From Eledone cirrhosa (lineage: Eukaryota): a stretch of DNA of 64,000 bases. Each line of letters begins with the position of its first letter. The first letter of the stretch is position 1. Positions 1 through 13,680 of the stretch are shown here, one piece after another. The notes beneath the pieces were generated by a model. That model saw only the letters and a program-made list of their open reading frames with translations, was not told the origin of the DNA and did no database searches. Location: contig OZ024741.1 of assembly GCA_964016885.1 (NCBI GenBank), forward strand, positions 176,576,001-176,640,000, written 5' to 3'. The position numbers and the translations under genes were made by a program.

Positions 1-300
1 AGGCCTAAGCCGCCGTGCTAAGAGAGTTTGCAGTAGATGGATCGTCTGACCAGTGTAACCTGTCCACTCCACAAGGTCAAAGATGGGGGTTTCAACCTTG
101 TGAGAGGTGGACTGGGGAACGTCACAATAGCCAGGCGGTAATTGAGGATGGAAGCGATGTACGCGTTCACCACATCTGTCCGACCTTTCACGGATAATTT
201 CCTCTCGGCCTATTTCTGGGTAAAATTGATCACACTGCTCGTAACCTCATCCCAGTTCCTACCCACCTGGAGATCCGGTGTAAACCAGATCCAATCATCT
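1..300 (-). mobile_element. Tx1/L1-type LINE ORF2 fragment (post-RT region), degraded, runs off window edge
   Basis: Manual minus-strand translation WFTPDLQVGRNWDEV...QK*AERKLSVKGRTDVVNAYIASILNYRL...LW...HGGLG matches the W..R.LS..GR...N.....YR...GGLG pattern of L1/Tx1 ORF2; in-frame stops. Confidence 0.75.
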
Positions 301-2017
301 TGACCAGTTCGTCCTTCCAGCACATGACGAACCTTTTGATGAGCATGGGTTTGCATCCCCAGCTGCTAATGTGCATGAAAGCAAACCAGCCTCTGAAAAT
401 CTTAACCTCTCAGATGAGCATAGATATGGGTCTGACATTTTCAATTATGTCGCTTTTTTTCATGTTTCCTAATATTTTACTACTCCTAATAAAAAATTGG
501 GAATTTTCCTTTTTAGTTGCCATTTGCAGTAAAATTATGTAAGGACATTGGCGAAGAAGTTTGACATATCTACGTAAATCATATAGAGTAGATCATCCAA
601 ACCGGGTAAGCTACGACTCATCTAGCTGCGTAGGGCGTTCCCTATTTCTGTTTTTGTTATCGGCTTTTCGTAGCACTCCACATGTGGGAAGTCATGATAA
701 ACATGATGAGAATGAGGATGATGGTGGTGGTGATGATGGGGTTGAAGATGTCGAGGACGAATAGAATGTTGATTTAAATATATCTCTCTAGCATTTGTAA
801 TCCGCGTGCTTGACATTGCACACATTTCCTATTTAGGGAATTCTTTAATCACATCACATAAATGATTTAGTAGAAATTATTAGTTCACTGTCATAAATAT
901 CCAGCATAGAAGGAAGATTCTCTATTACATAATAAAGAAAACATTTAATTGTTCCATTAATCACTGGTTTATTTGTGAATATTCCACCACATTGCTATTG
1001 GACACCGGTATTAAATGCCCGATATTTATGAAGTTTAAAATGAAAACTTCGTAAGGTTTGGCATTCGACACTTAAGATTAATGATTAGGTTCAATGATTT
1101 TATCCAACTGTTTACTTCACCTTTACCAACATTTTCTATGGTTTACGAGCCAGCAAGGGAACCTCAGTGTGGTCATTAAACATGTTGTTACAAGAACCAA
1201 ATCTTCCCTAAAGAACACACTGCCATCTTAAAGGAGAGACATTGTACAATGAGGCCCGAGGTTGAAATAGCATGAAGCAAATTGCCTTGAAGCAATAGTT
1301 CAAGCGCCTTACGTTCTTTCTTAGAAATCTATTTTGTTTTACTTTGGTAGTAGACTTAATGCGAGGCTTAGTCTAACACCACCACTTGGCGTTTAAATGA
1401 TTTAGCGGTGTTAACTTTATTGCAAGCATTTTGGTCATGTCATTAGGTTAAGATTACCTTGCTCCCTCCTCCTCGGAGATCCTGAAACGTACCGTGCGCA
1501 CTACCCATCTTGCCCTAACTAAACCATAACTAAACCTGCAGTATATCAGAAAATGAATAAAAAGAACAAAGCGGGCGTGACATGCACGACTAGACTATCT
1601 TTTGATACTAATACAACTCTCTCGTGGACGTCCTGGAGGTAAATAACAACAAAAAAAAAAGCAAAATAAACAACAACTAAATCTTGTTTTATACATGGAA
1701 TATATAGGCAATACATCTATTTATGCAGGTCATGAGGAGGCACGTATATAGTCACATACTTTGCAAGAAACAGCAGCCAAATTCGCATCATTGCATCGTA
1801 CTCTTTACAGCGTCCTTCTTTATATAGAATTTGGATAGTGTGGACTCCATTACAAAGCGTTTGATTATCGGTCTACTCTTCCAGAACACTTATAGGTAAA
1901 AAATCAACAATAATAAAACAAAATATATATTTGTGACAACGAGGGATACACTATGTGGGAGCTCGACCAGCAAATAATAACAGCTAATACCTCCACATGT
2001 GTCAGAACTATAGATTA

Positions 2018-2026
2018 GTAGGAGTA

Positions 2027-2080
<54 letters not shown>

Positions 2081-2100
2081 ATAGTAGTAGTAGTAGTAGA
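2018..2100. repeat. (GTA)n trinucleotide microsatellite
   Basis: Visible agt/gta run; explains the poly-Leu ORF 1890..2153. Confidence 0.95.
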
Positions 2101-3849
2101 AACAGCAACAGTAGCACAAGTAGTACTAACAGGATTAGTAATACTTGTTGCAATTTAGCTCCAGGACAACCATGCTAGAAAAAATCATATTCAAAAGGTA
2201 ATCTAGTCGTGACTATACCATCAATTATTTTATTTTCAGGCTCATTGTATTTATATTTTGCTCGTTTAATAAAGAAGGGAGGGCAATGCTAATGACCCGT
2301 TTCTGATACTTCGAGATAGATGGGGGGAAGGAGGGATATACATTAGAACCGTAAAATAGTCTCAAATACTTGTAACTAATTGCTCACCATTACAGATATT
2401 AACAGGCCAGGTAGTGATGGCACTAAACCGTGTGGCAGTTTACGTCTGTCACCCAAGAAAGACACAAGATGATTTGTACGTCTCAAGAAATAAATTAAGC
2501 TCTAACATTTGGAGCATTGCATCCAAATGGATTTGTACTTTAAACGATGAAAGACATTTTATTTCATTTTGGAATTTGAGCTGATTGTAGAGAGATGAAT
2601 CAAATACCGCAACATTTTGTCTTACGCTTTAATCATCACCGATCACATTTCGTTGATACTACAAATTGTTGTTGGTTCAGCCAGCTGCAAATTCATTCTC
2701 TAAATGATTAAGAGTCAAAAGCTTCTGTCTAAAATGATGTATTATATTTCGAAGTAGTAGAATAACACTTTACAGCCATCAGAGCTCGTGACTCTTTCAG
2801 AAAACAAAGGTATACTATAATTTATTTCCAAATCAATTATAGAACCAAATGAATAGAATTAAATTCAGGACACATTAAATAACTTTGTTTCCATTATCCT
2901 TAACAATCTAGATTTGGTGTCAGTTGTTCATATTATAGCACTTAAAAGTGCAGTTACGCATTAATTGCCATTTACCTCTTAGTATTTCCCTAGGGTATTT
3001 TTCAAGTCTAAAAATATAATAAATGACTTATTCTGAATGCAGCTTTGATCAAGGAATCGTCTGAAATGTCCAGCAATTAAATCACTCGAAACAGTCATCT
3101 ACATTTCACAATTACAAAGATTCACTCATTCCAAACACTTCTAAATTTGATTTTTCCACTGTGCTTACATTGCTTAAATGAACATCTGACATTTCTATTC
3201 TTTAAACAGTTACTTAACGCCGTTGTGTACTATTTATCTGAATTAATATATCAATATGATTTGTACGAGTTATATTGTGAATATATTTCACCCCTTGAAA
3301 CAGTTGCGAATCCTCGGAGTACAATGTAGCCTATAATTTCAATTCTTCTTTATGAGAGCGTGAAAACAATATAGTTAAACCTTATGTGCAATAGATTATC
3401 AAGAATCACAAAACAACATTATTTAAGTTATATTATCTTATAACATAATCTGGTATATGTTATAAATAAAAGTATTGCATAAGCTACAGCTGCTATTTAG
3501 CCTAAATTCAGATTTAATTGCGAGCACTAGCATTGATGTAATAGCGGAAATGACTAGTCAACATTGCTGGTAAGAAGATAGTAGATGTCCACACATACTA
3601 CATTTATTCCATTAGATTGGAGTCATGTTTCTAAATTGTTGAGGCTGGTTTCGCATTGGTGTGCCACCGTGACGAACTAATGGCAGACAATAAGTGGCAA
3701 CAATGTCATCTATTTATGGGACTGTGTTTTGTAGAAGGAACGAGCCGAGTGGAACAACCGTATTTTTTATATTCTTATGAAGAACTGTCACAAACGCTTC
3801 TAATAGTGTGTGTCCTTACAAGTTTTGTTGTATTATATGTGTACCAGTA

Positions 3850-4070
3850 GGGCGGTGAATTGGCAGTATCGGTAAGGCTCGGGCGCCTTTCTTTGCAACA
3901 TAGAGTTAGGGCCCTTTATGATCTGAGTTCAAATTCCACCGAAGTTAACTTTGCCTTCCACCATTAGACGGGTCGAAAAAATAAAGTACCAGTGACGCAC
4001 TGGGTCAATTTAGTCGACCCCCCCCCCCAAGAAAAAATTGCTGGCCTTGTGCCTATACAAGAATCCATTA
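3850..4070 (+). mobile_element. tRNA-derived SINE (family A)
   Basis: A-box-like start ggcggtgaattggcag, B-box-like gagttcaaattcc, conserved body aactttgccttccacc...gggtcgaaaaaataaagtaccagt, tail ttgctggccttgtgcc; recurs many times in the window. Confidence 0.8.
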
Positions 4071-4362
4071 TATGTGTATCAGTATTATCTTTGATTTATT
4101 AATGTATTGTCTTTAGATAGGTTATTTTTCAAGAAATCACGCATATACGTCATGTACTAATGAAACTAAGTAAAAATATACACAGAGAAACGAAATATGT
4201 TTTGTCCTTCCATTCTCCATTACCAATTGAAATCATGTGGGGAAGAATTCTGATGGCCGATATCTATTTTCTCTAAAAAATAACTGAGGTATCAGAGAAT
4301 GTTTATTAATAGTATTATAATTGAATACGGTTTAACTCAGACCATACAGTTACAGCAGTTTA

Positions 4363-4485
4363 TGGTCTGAGTTCAAATGCCGCCGAGTTTAACTTTGCCT
4401 TTCATCCTTACGCGGTCGATAAAATAATGCACCAGTAATGCACTGGATTAATAGCTGGCCTTGTGGCAAATGTAGAAACAATTAT
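4363..4485 (+). mobile_element. SINE family A, partial copy
   Basis: gagttcaaatgccgccgagtttaactttgcctttcatcc...gtcgataaaataatgcaccagt...gctggccttgtg. Confidence 0.8.
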
Positions 4486-4935
4486 AATTGAATACTTTCG
4501 AAACTGCATTTAACTGTTTTACAATCTGCAACAAATGTTTATGCCGTATTGAGGAATCAATGTAAGAATAATCGTGAATATATTTAGCAAGTGAGAATAT
4601 TTTCAGCTAAAATATACAAACATGGAATTGGTAGAGTATGTTTGTAAGGTGATATCTAACAAAATGTTATGCTATTTCTACTGTACTTCATGAAACTGAT
4701 TATGTAACAGACGAAAAAAAATCATGTTGGTAGGGAAAATGTTTATATATATGACATTTGAAGTTGTAAATGCTAAATGATCTCAACATGCACATTATGT
4801 ACAGAAGAGATTTGAAAATATAAGATAAATGAAAAAGAAATTAAATATTATAACAACGCAAAATATTTTGTATTATTTTGTACCAAGAAATTGAGAAGTG
4901 TACGTATGGAAGGATTATGAATTATTAAGTATATG

Positions 4936-4990
<55 letters not shown>

Positions 4991-4995
<5 letters not shown>

Positions 4996-5165
4996 GTATG
5001 GGGCGCTGGTTAGAGGTAGTAACTTTGCTATCTACCGGCTGCATTCTACCTGGTAGGGTAGATGGGAAATTATTAATCGATGTCCATCTCCCAAAATTCT
5101 CGCGTTCTGGCTCCAAGCACCACACTCTGGCACACCGTTTCAGCCGGCGGGCTAAACCACGAGAG
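4991..5165 (+). ncRNA. Candidate HDV-like self-cleaving ribozyme at the RTE 5' end
   Basis: P1 agggtg 4991-4996 / cactct 5123-5128; P2 5097-5106 / 5156-5165 (imperfect); P3 tgg 5108-5110 / cca 5120-5122; P1.1 CC 5113-5114 / GG 5129-5130; P4 5131-5151; J4/2 CTAA 5152-5155. Order matches the HDV nested double pseudoknot. Confidence 0.7.
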
Positions 5166-7567
5166 GGGTTGGTGTTTGCACTGCACCACTAGTCGGAGGA
5201 GCTGCTTCTGTCAGCCAACGGCTAGAGAACGGAGGAGGTCCTCGACTGATCAAACGGCCAAGTGTAGGGGAGTAAACCCTTCAAATCAGGAGTGGAGACC
5301 CAAAGGCGGACCAGTGCTCTGTGCTTACTGATCCTGGCAAGTCCTGCAGCCAACACGGTGCCAAACGTACTGCTCTGCTTTCCTTTGGACCACACCGGCG
5401 AGGCCGAGAGGAGGTTCTTGATGACTGGGCAACTCAAGATCACCATATATCTTTCCCAGGATTGTGCACTTCAGCGCCGCTGTTCCAGGGGCGGAAACAA
5501 CAAGGGGATGGTGGTTGGCAGCTACGAATTATAAGCCTAGAGAGTATTGGCATGAGCCCGGTCGATATGGGGTGTCTCCGACGGAGGGAGGGATCATCAC
5601 GTCCTACTGGTCAGCTACCGCCTGCCATAAGCTGGACAGCCCCCACCCAGTAAGCCTGTTTCAATTGGATGCTTGGAGCTCAGGGAAAACACCGAAGAGC
5701 AGAATGTAAACCCTGCACCAGGCAAACAAAGAAGAAAGAAAAGAAAGCTGCCATTCCTGAGAATGACAATCTGGAATGACAGGACCATGTGCCCTGGCCT
5801 CTCTGACGATCTTCAACAGGTCGTCAACCATAAACAAGGCTCCTATGAAAAGACACTTGCCACTCTTAGAACGGCATGGGATTCCCAACAGTTTGGTAGA
5901 TAGTGTGCCAACAACTACTGGCGGAACCTATGTCAAGGCATCCAACTGTCCGCCGACTGCGGCAACATTCGAGGCATGTATGAGGGTATGAAAAAGGCCT
6001 TTGGCTATGCGCCATCAAGATCGCCTCACTGAGAACAAAGGCGATCGCAGTGGTTGTAACAACTATCGCGGAATATCCCTCCTAATCATTGTGTGGAAGA
6101 TCTTCGCCCGTGTTTCAATGCGCAGACTGCAGTTGCTTGTAGAACGCGTCAACCCAGAGGCTCAGTGTGGATTTAGAGCTGAGAGATCAACGATCAACAT
6201 CGCATTCTCAAGAGAAGGCAGGTGCAAGAGAAGTGCCGTGAGTAGAGACGACCCCTGTACATAGGTCAGCAGGACAGACCTGTTTACACTCCTGCAGAGA
6301 ATCGGATGTCTCCCTAAGCTCCTGGCGTGATCACATCCTTTCATGAGGACATGGAAGGCACCGTCCAGCACGATGGCTTCTTCTCGGACCTCTTCCCCAT
6401 CAAAGACGGAGTCAAACAAGGGTGTGTCCTCACCTCGACACTTGGTAGCATCGTGTTCTCTTCGCTGCTGCACTGTGACTTTGGTCAATCCGAAGAGGGC
6501 GTCTACCTTTACACCAGAAGCGACGGCAGCCTGTTCAACTTCGTATGCCTCTGTGCATAAACGAAGGTACGGAAATACCTCATTCGTGAGATGCTGTTTG
6601 CTGACGGTACATTATTAAAGACGTACACAGAGACTTCCCTCCAAGCGCTCATCAGCCGTTTCACTCTTGTCTGCAAAGAGTTCGGCTTCACGATCAGCGT
6701 AAAAAAGACTAACATCCTGGGCCAAGATGTCAGCTCGGCTCCCTGCATATTCATAGGTGACTGTACCCTCGTCGTGGTGGAAGACTTCAGATACCTTGAC
6801 TTCACCATCTCCAGAAGCTTCAGCCTGGACATCGAGCTGAACACAAGGATCGGAAAAGCATCTACAGCAATGGCCCGTCTGTCAGCGAGAGTGTTTGAAA
6901 ACTCTATGCTAACCATCAAAACAGAGATAACAGTGCACCAAGCCTACGCGCTTAGTACAAGGCTGCACGGAGTACAAGCCTGCCAAGAACGCAGGCTCAA
7001 CACCTTGCACCTACGCTGCCTCAGGCGGATCGTCAGCATTCCATCGCAGGGCCACGTCCCTAACAAGGATATCTTAGCACAGGCCGGAACTCCGAGCATG
7101 TTTGCCCTGCTCACAAAGAGCCGATTGCGTTGGCTTGGCTATGTTAGCCTCATGAAGGATGGCAGAATACTCAAACAAATTTTGTGTAGCGCGCTTACCA
7201 CTGGCTCCAGACCCACAGGAAGGCCAATACTCCACTTTAAAGACGTGTGTAAGCAGGACCTCTGGGTGGGAGGTATTGCACCAGCAGCCCTTGAAGTTGC
7301 CGCCAGCTGACGACAACAGCCGGCAACTTGCCATCAAGTCAGCCATTAAGATATCAGAGCAGAACAGGGAGGAGCAGTGGGTAGAGCAAAGAGCACGCAG
7401 ACGTCAGAGAGCGGAGTCATCGCTCTTGGACGACATCGTCTTAACATTCAGCAACTACATGACTCTCCCTTCGAGGCACCGACTGTGGCCTTATATCCAC
7501 AGTCGGTGCTGCAGTTCCACCACAGACTGACTTCCATGGCACAATCTCCATTGTCCCCTGAGACAGA
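4991..7567 (+). mobile_element. RTE-clade (BovB-like) LINE with its 5' end retained, internally deleted and degraded
   Basis: Endonuclease start (MTIWNDRTMCPG), NKGDRSGCNNYRGISLL, PEAQCGFRAERST, GVKQGCVL, LFADG (degenerate FADD), RIGKASTAMARL, RLRWLGYV, GSRPTGRP; stops, frameshifts and loss of most of the endonuclease; flanked by microsatellites. Confidence 0.93.
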
Positions 7568-7646
7568 CCCCCCCCTCCAAGAAAATAGACACACACACAT
7601 ACACACACACACACATATATACATAGATATATATGAATATATATAT

Positions 7647-8590
7647 AAATGTAAGTATGTATGTATACGTACATACATATATGTATACAGACGTACAGTA
7701 GTATGTATATATATACATACATGCACACATATATATATGCACGTATCGATTTACCGAACATTTATTATAATGTTCCGTTTGTTTGTAAAGAAATAAACAG
7801 CCTGAATTACGCCGTACAGTGTTTAGGCAACCACGTCACCTTTTTTTCAACACTAACACAGGAACGATGTACTAGTTTCAAGCTTATTAGCTATCGTCAA
7901 CATCGTATACCTTCCTGCCAAATGGTTGAACGTCTGAAAGTATATACTTTCCTTATGCATATTAACGGCTGAGCAGCCTAATTTGCAGATCAAGTGAGTT
8001 CAGTCGCCCGGGCGCACCGAAAACGATAAATGGAATAGAATGAAACAAAATTTCATTTCTCACTCTTAGTACGGCACTTACTTAAATATAAGTATGTATG
8101 TATACGTGCATACATATATGTATACAGTCGTACAGTAGTATGTACATGCACACATATATATATGCCCGTCAACATTTTTTTTAAAGTATATACTTTCAGA
8201 CGTTCAACCATCTGGCAGGAAGGTATACGATGTGGACGTTAGCTAATAAGCTTGAAACTAGTACATCGTTCCTGTGTCAGTGTTGTATATGTGTATGTAT
8301 ATATATACATACTACTGTACGTTTGTATACATATATGTATATAGGTATACATACATACATACTTACATTTAAGTAAGTGCCGTACTAAGAGTGAGAAATG
8401 AAATTTCGTTTCATTTTATTCCTATATATATATATTTATATATATATATATTGGAATAGTATGAAACAAAATTTCATTTCTCACTCTCAGCACGGCACTT
8501 ACTTAAATGTAAGTATGTATGTATGTATACCTATATACATATATGTATACAGACGTACAGTAGTATGTATATATATACATACACATATAC
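7647..8590. repeat. Non-coding interspersed repeat family in partial-tandem and inverted arrangement
   Basis: aaatgtaagtatg...gtacagtagtatg at 7647, ~8085 and ~8505; 7845-7950 reappears inverted at 8185-8285; ggaatagaatgaaac...cggcacttactt at 8032, 8453 and inverted ~8365-8423; same family at 25081-25375. Confidence 0.8.
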
Positions 8591-8656
8591 AACACTGATA
8601 TACATATATATAATATATACATATACAAATACATATATATATACATACATATATAC

Positions 8657-8714
<58 letters not shown>

Positions 8715-8719
<5 letters not shown>

Positions 8720-8868
8720 TAATAATAAATTTGAAGACTAAAATCCAAAGAGGGCTCGATCAGGATAAATATGTATCAAATATATAAGAACCGTAGAGCA
8801 AATAACAGATTAAAGTTTATGCAAAGAATCGCTGCTTTCACCCTTAACGGGATCTTCTGAAACTAACT
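8715..8868 (-). mobile_element. Solo pLTR tail fragment of the Naiad-like family at 40717-45862
   Basis: Reverse complement matches 42510-42668; flanked by (TA)n. Confidence 0.85.
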
Positions 8869-10227
8869 ATATATATATATACAGAGTTTAGCAGTAACGT
8901 GTGAGGCATTTTCCTTGGAGCGAGGTTGCAGCTGCTGAGATTAATATGCATATGTCCTTATGCATGTCAATTCTATATACACCAACGCCATGTACAGATA
9001 AGCTATATTCATCTTAGCTGTGTATACCTGTGCGATGTACAAATAGTAAACTGATAATTCTAGAGTACAATAAAACAAAGACCACTGATTGCTGGATCCA
9101 TTAGAGTATCGGATTAACAGCTTAACGTTATGTTATAGACTTTCTGCTGTCTACACGCGTCCTCCAATGTTGACAACTATGACTTCAGTTACTTTTGGAT
9201 TCGATAAATAATATACCATTCCAAGAAGTAGAATCCCTTAATTATTAAATTCTCATGTCACTATTACAGCCTGCAACATCACTGAAGGCAAATTGTATCG
9301 GCTTGTGCATTTCTCTTGTAGCGCATACGTATAGTTGAAAGTAAAATTGTGCACACATGTGCCACTGTTGGTCTTCAAAACAAAATGAAAACTAAAAACA
9401 GGTCCGTATCTTGGTGAAGTACATTCAAGGTACAGATCCATGTTATCACGACACATTCGGTGATCTAGAATAATACAAATTTCAGAGGCTCCAGGCATCT
9501 CGTAATTTGGAAGAAATGAGTGTAGAATAGACGAAAAATTGGGAGCTACATTATTTTCTCGACAATGGAAAGATGAAAGGCATAATCGACTACGGTATGA
9601 TTATAAACAATTGACAACAAACGCTATTCCAGTAAAATGATGCTTTCTGTCCTGAAGATTAGTGGGATACTGTCTCGGTAAGGCTGGCAATCAGAAATTC
9701 CAAATTAGGAGAACACATGTTTTAAGATACAACATATACTACCCACCCCACCAATATCAAAGCAAGATTGCGGTGGTCGTGGGTAGAAATCCCTGCGTCA
9801 GCACCATCAGAGCTAGTCATCCTGGACATAAAGACAACCACAGCTTACATCAACAACTAAAACATTATCATTCGTCAACACCTACTGCATATAGAGGATC
9901 AATATTCTTCGAAGTTTTGCCAAGTTATTTTCAAGAAGCAAAGAATAATACAAAATCAAACACATGAGTCGCAAAATAAAATGATAGGAATAAAGTTAAT
10001 TAAATGAAACATAAAAAACAATCACAAAATTTTGTTCAAAATATAGAAGTAAAAATGGAAAAATTACAAACAAGAATGATAAATATTCTGTATTTATAAT
10101 AATTTCTTTCCTCTTAGTAAAATACTATAATCGTATTATCAATCAGAAGAAAAAAAACTGGATATAGACGTTTGAGATATACAGCTGGAAGATTGCCATC
10201 TAAACTGAGTACATATGGAATAATACA

Positions 10228-10274
<47 letters not shown>

Positions 10275-10438
10275 ATATTTCCAATGTACAGTTATGTAAT
10301 CACATTATCTACATCGGATATATGTGCGTGTGTATGAATGTATGAATCAATATATGTGTGTGTGTGTGTGTTTGTGTATACATATATACATACACACACA
10401 TTTGCACACATACACGCACACAGACATATGTATATACG

Positions 10439-10485
<47 letters not shown>

Positions 10486-10511
10486 GAACATCCATGCCTA
10501 TTTTAAACACA

Positions 10512-10550
<39 letters not shown>

Positions 10551-11209
10551 GTATGTATATATGTCTGAGTATGTTTATATAAATATATGCATACTGATAT
10601 TTCTTTACATTTGTCTATTCACTTACATGTTCGTTATCGTCATATTTTTTGGCATTTTAAAACAATTTTTGTGACACATTCTCCTAAGTCTTTCTCCTCC
10701 CCATCCTATTAACCATCATCTTTGCCCCCTTCAACTACAACATCACGTCCTTCATATCTTTCACCCTCTTCCACCACTAACGTTCAATTGATCATACACG
10801 AAACATCACTAACACTTATAATCCCCAAAACAATCGTACTCACCCGTGCAGAACTTATCATACAACACTCTCTACAACCACCATCTCTACCATATAGTTA
10901 CATTACAACATTCATCACATGAAATGACCCAGAATTCACCTCTGACTTTACAACTATCACCACTAGCATCTCAACAACCATAATTCTAATCATCACATCT
11001 ATCAATATCTTATCCAACACAAAACACGACAAGCCAACAATGGAAATAAGAGTCAAATCTCACTAATAAAATGTACTATCAAAACAATGTAGTAGCAAGA
11101 CTATATAGGTCCCAGACAGTATGGGCATGGCTGAAGTTCAATTGGTCTTAAGGCTGTGTGAATAAACAAAGATTAATACAAACATCACCTGAACTAGCAC
11201 AGTCCATTA

Positions 11210-11400
11210 TACTAACTTCGTTAGAGCCTCGAATAAAATAATTTGCGGTATTTAATTTCGGATTTTGACGTGTTGAGTTCTAATCTCACCGTTGTCAATT
11301 TGGCCTTTTATCTTTCCATTGTCGAGAAAGTAATATAGCTGTCAAATACTGGGCAAATATAACCGAATTCTCACTCATAAACCGGTTAACGCGTAATCCT
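11210..11400 (+). mobile_element. SINE family A, diverged
   Basis: gagttctaatctcacc...tggccttttatctttcc...gtcgagaaagtaa. Confidence 0.55.
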
Positions 11401-12244
11401 ATTCGAATTAATTATTACTGACATTACCAACTACAATCTTTACGATGAAATCAACCACAACCATCCACACTATACACTCCCATGACATTCAGCTTAACCA
11501 GAATCAGCAACACGCAAACATCTCAGCAACTGCAATGTAAAAAAGAGAGCATTTGCATGATTCTCAGACCTGCGAGAAATAGATTCTAAGCCAACTCACA
11601 AAGCAGATTTCATCGTCTCGAAAACGACAGAATATTATCAAAGACACATTTGATATAATTCTAAAGACGCCTAAAGTGACGATTGGTTTGATCACGAGAA
11701 GAATGCTTTCAATACTGGTCTTGCTTTATAAGGAATGACCTGAGGTTAAACCACAACAGCACCCTCTACGAACAAGGGGCAATGAGAATTCGTTTATGTG
11801 ATCACATATACTAGAAAGAGCAAGGGAGTTGCAGTGAAATCACACGCAGAATAAAATAAAGCGAAGACACTGTGTCTGACGAATGGTTATTGCTTGGACA
11901 ACTTTAATTATAAGTGAGCCTCATCATGTTGACTTGGAGGTAAACTGTAACAATAATACTTAGATAAACATATCATCGCTAATCACAAAAAAAAGCATCT
12001 TCATTGAGCTCACTTTCAATATTAATGGTAGATTGGCATATTTGGTAGCTCCTTTGATAAAATGTCATTCTCATATGTTTTCTAGCTTATAGAGATTATT
12101 TTCATTCTGCATTCAATACAGTGGAGATTAAATTTGATATCATCTTCTGGGATCGATACAATTAATTCCAGACAAATACAGGGGGGATAATCGGCATCCA
12201 TTCTTCTCTAAACTTCTAGCTTTGTGTCCAGATTAGAAGAACGT

Positions 12245-12450
12245 ATTGTGGGTTGGGAGAATTGGCTGAGCACGGACAAAATGTCATTGTGTTTTTTATT
12301 TTGATTCTTTTCATTCAGACCTCAAATCCAGTCGTGTTCAGCTTTACATTTCATCCTTCCGGTGTCAATGAAATTAGTACTGGGGTTGGTTAAATCAAAT
12401 TCCATCATACTCCAAATGTGCTGGACTTGTGCCAAAATTAGACTTCAATA
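12245..12450 (+). mobile_element. SINE family A, diverged
   Basis: tcaaatcc...tttacatttcatccttccggtgtcaatgaaattagtactgggg...gctggacttgtgcc. Confidence 0.6.
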
Positions 12451-13526
12451 TTATTGTCTCCTCTAGTGTCATCACCTCACCTACGTAAACATATAGAGTA
12501 ATATAATTTCAGTCAAAACACAAATTCATATCATCATCAACGCAATCAGCAGGCCGGTATACGAGTACCAACTTTATGACCAGTATCACGACTATGATTA
12601 CCATCATCATCACTACATTTATCAACACTGTCATCTTCAAAACTAACACCACCAAGAAAAGTACTGTATTTATTATTGTCGTTTCTATTATTATCAACAT
12701 TACCGTCTTCAAACTCATCACTATCAATGCCCGTACCGTCAGCAGAACATCCACTATCAACACTTTCATCAGAATCTGCAACCACATCATCTCCATCATC
12801 AGCAACATCAGCCCCACACTCATGATCATCACAGCCATTCTCACACTACAGCCTCAATCAATACACAGTTAACTATAACTAGGGATAACCTTGTCAATCA
12901 AAGTTTCCTGGCTTCTACCCAGATACATGGAAAGAAATCAATCATACTTATTTTCAATACATTTCTATTTTGCTAGTCTAACACACACTTATTTCATGCA
13001 CCTCACACTTGATATTGTTGATGTTTGTCGTCGTTGCTGATGATGTTGCAGATGTTGATTTCATTGACTTTGTTGATATTTTTGCCTTTGTTCTTTTTGA
13101 TATTCTGGTTGCTGTTGTAACTGTTGTGTACGTTGATCAGCTCAATTAAACCATCAGTCGTAACCGTTACACAATACGTCCCGGGATCTTACTGTCCAAT
13201 GTATTCCTTTTATTTACAAAGTTGGGTGAATGTACTAAGATGGTGATTTTGCAAATATTTCTAGTCGTTCCAGCAAAGACATAGGCGTTCCAATGCTGAT
13301 TTGTCGAACTCAAAATCAAATGAAATTATTCAAGTCCATGAATTATTAATAATCAAAGCGTATATCAATCTCATCATCATCAGTTATCACGGAAGGAAAC
13401 TGCTTCAATTCTTTTCTAAATAATAATCCGACATCTAGGATTAAAAAAATATATATAATTTCATACTTTTACTGCTATCCGCCACCAGACTATACCCAGA
13501 AGACCATTTAAACGAACTCTAATAGC

Positions 13527-13680
13527 AGCAGTGTAGTGAGTTACCTTCCAAACCATCTGGGTTTGGGTTCATTCCAGTCACTTTGGTCAAGTCTTTTATT
13601 CTATAGCCACAAACTGAACAATCGATTGTACATGGAATGTAGTAGAATTAAACTAGAATCTTGTCGTATGTAACGGTTTT
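13527..13680 (+). mobile_element. Diverged tRNA/CORE-like SINE
   Basis: gcagtgtagt...gggttcattcca...cactttggtcaagtcttttattctatagcc resembles a tRNA head followed by a CORE-type ccttgggcaagt block. Confidence 0.45.

Noticed and set aside
1160-1260. Degenerate repeat with agaaa.agcagccaaat-like tail (also ~1765, ~11570, ~37810)
   Set aside because: Probably an old SINE family, but too diverged to delimit reliably by eye.
3850-3945. tRNA gene
   Set aside because: A/B-box-like motifs belong to a multi-copy SINE head; no cloverleaf.
7800-7840. ctgaatta-cgcc...ggc-aacc-acgtc as a hammerhead
   Set aside because: Neither CUGANGA nor GAAA is intact.
12509-12872. Thr/Ile-rich ORFs suggesting a mucin-like exon (also 10722-10990)
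   Set aside because: Degenerate (CAT/CAC)n low-complexity sequence open in several frames and on both strands; no supportable splice structure.
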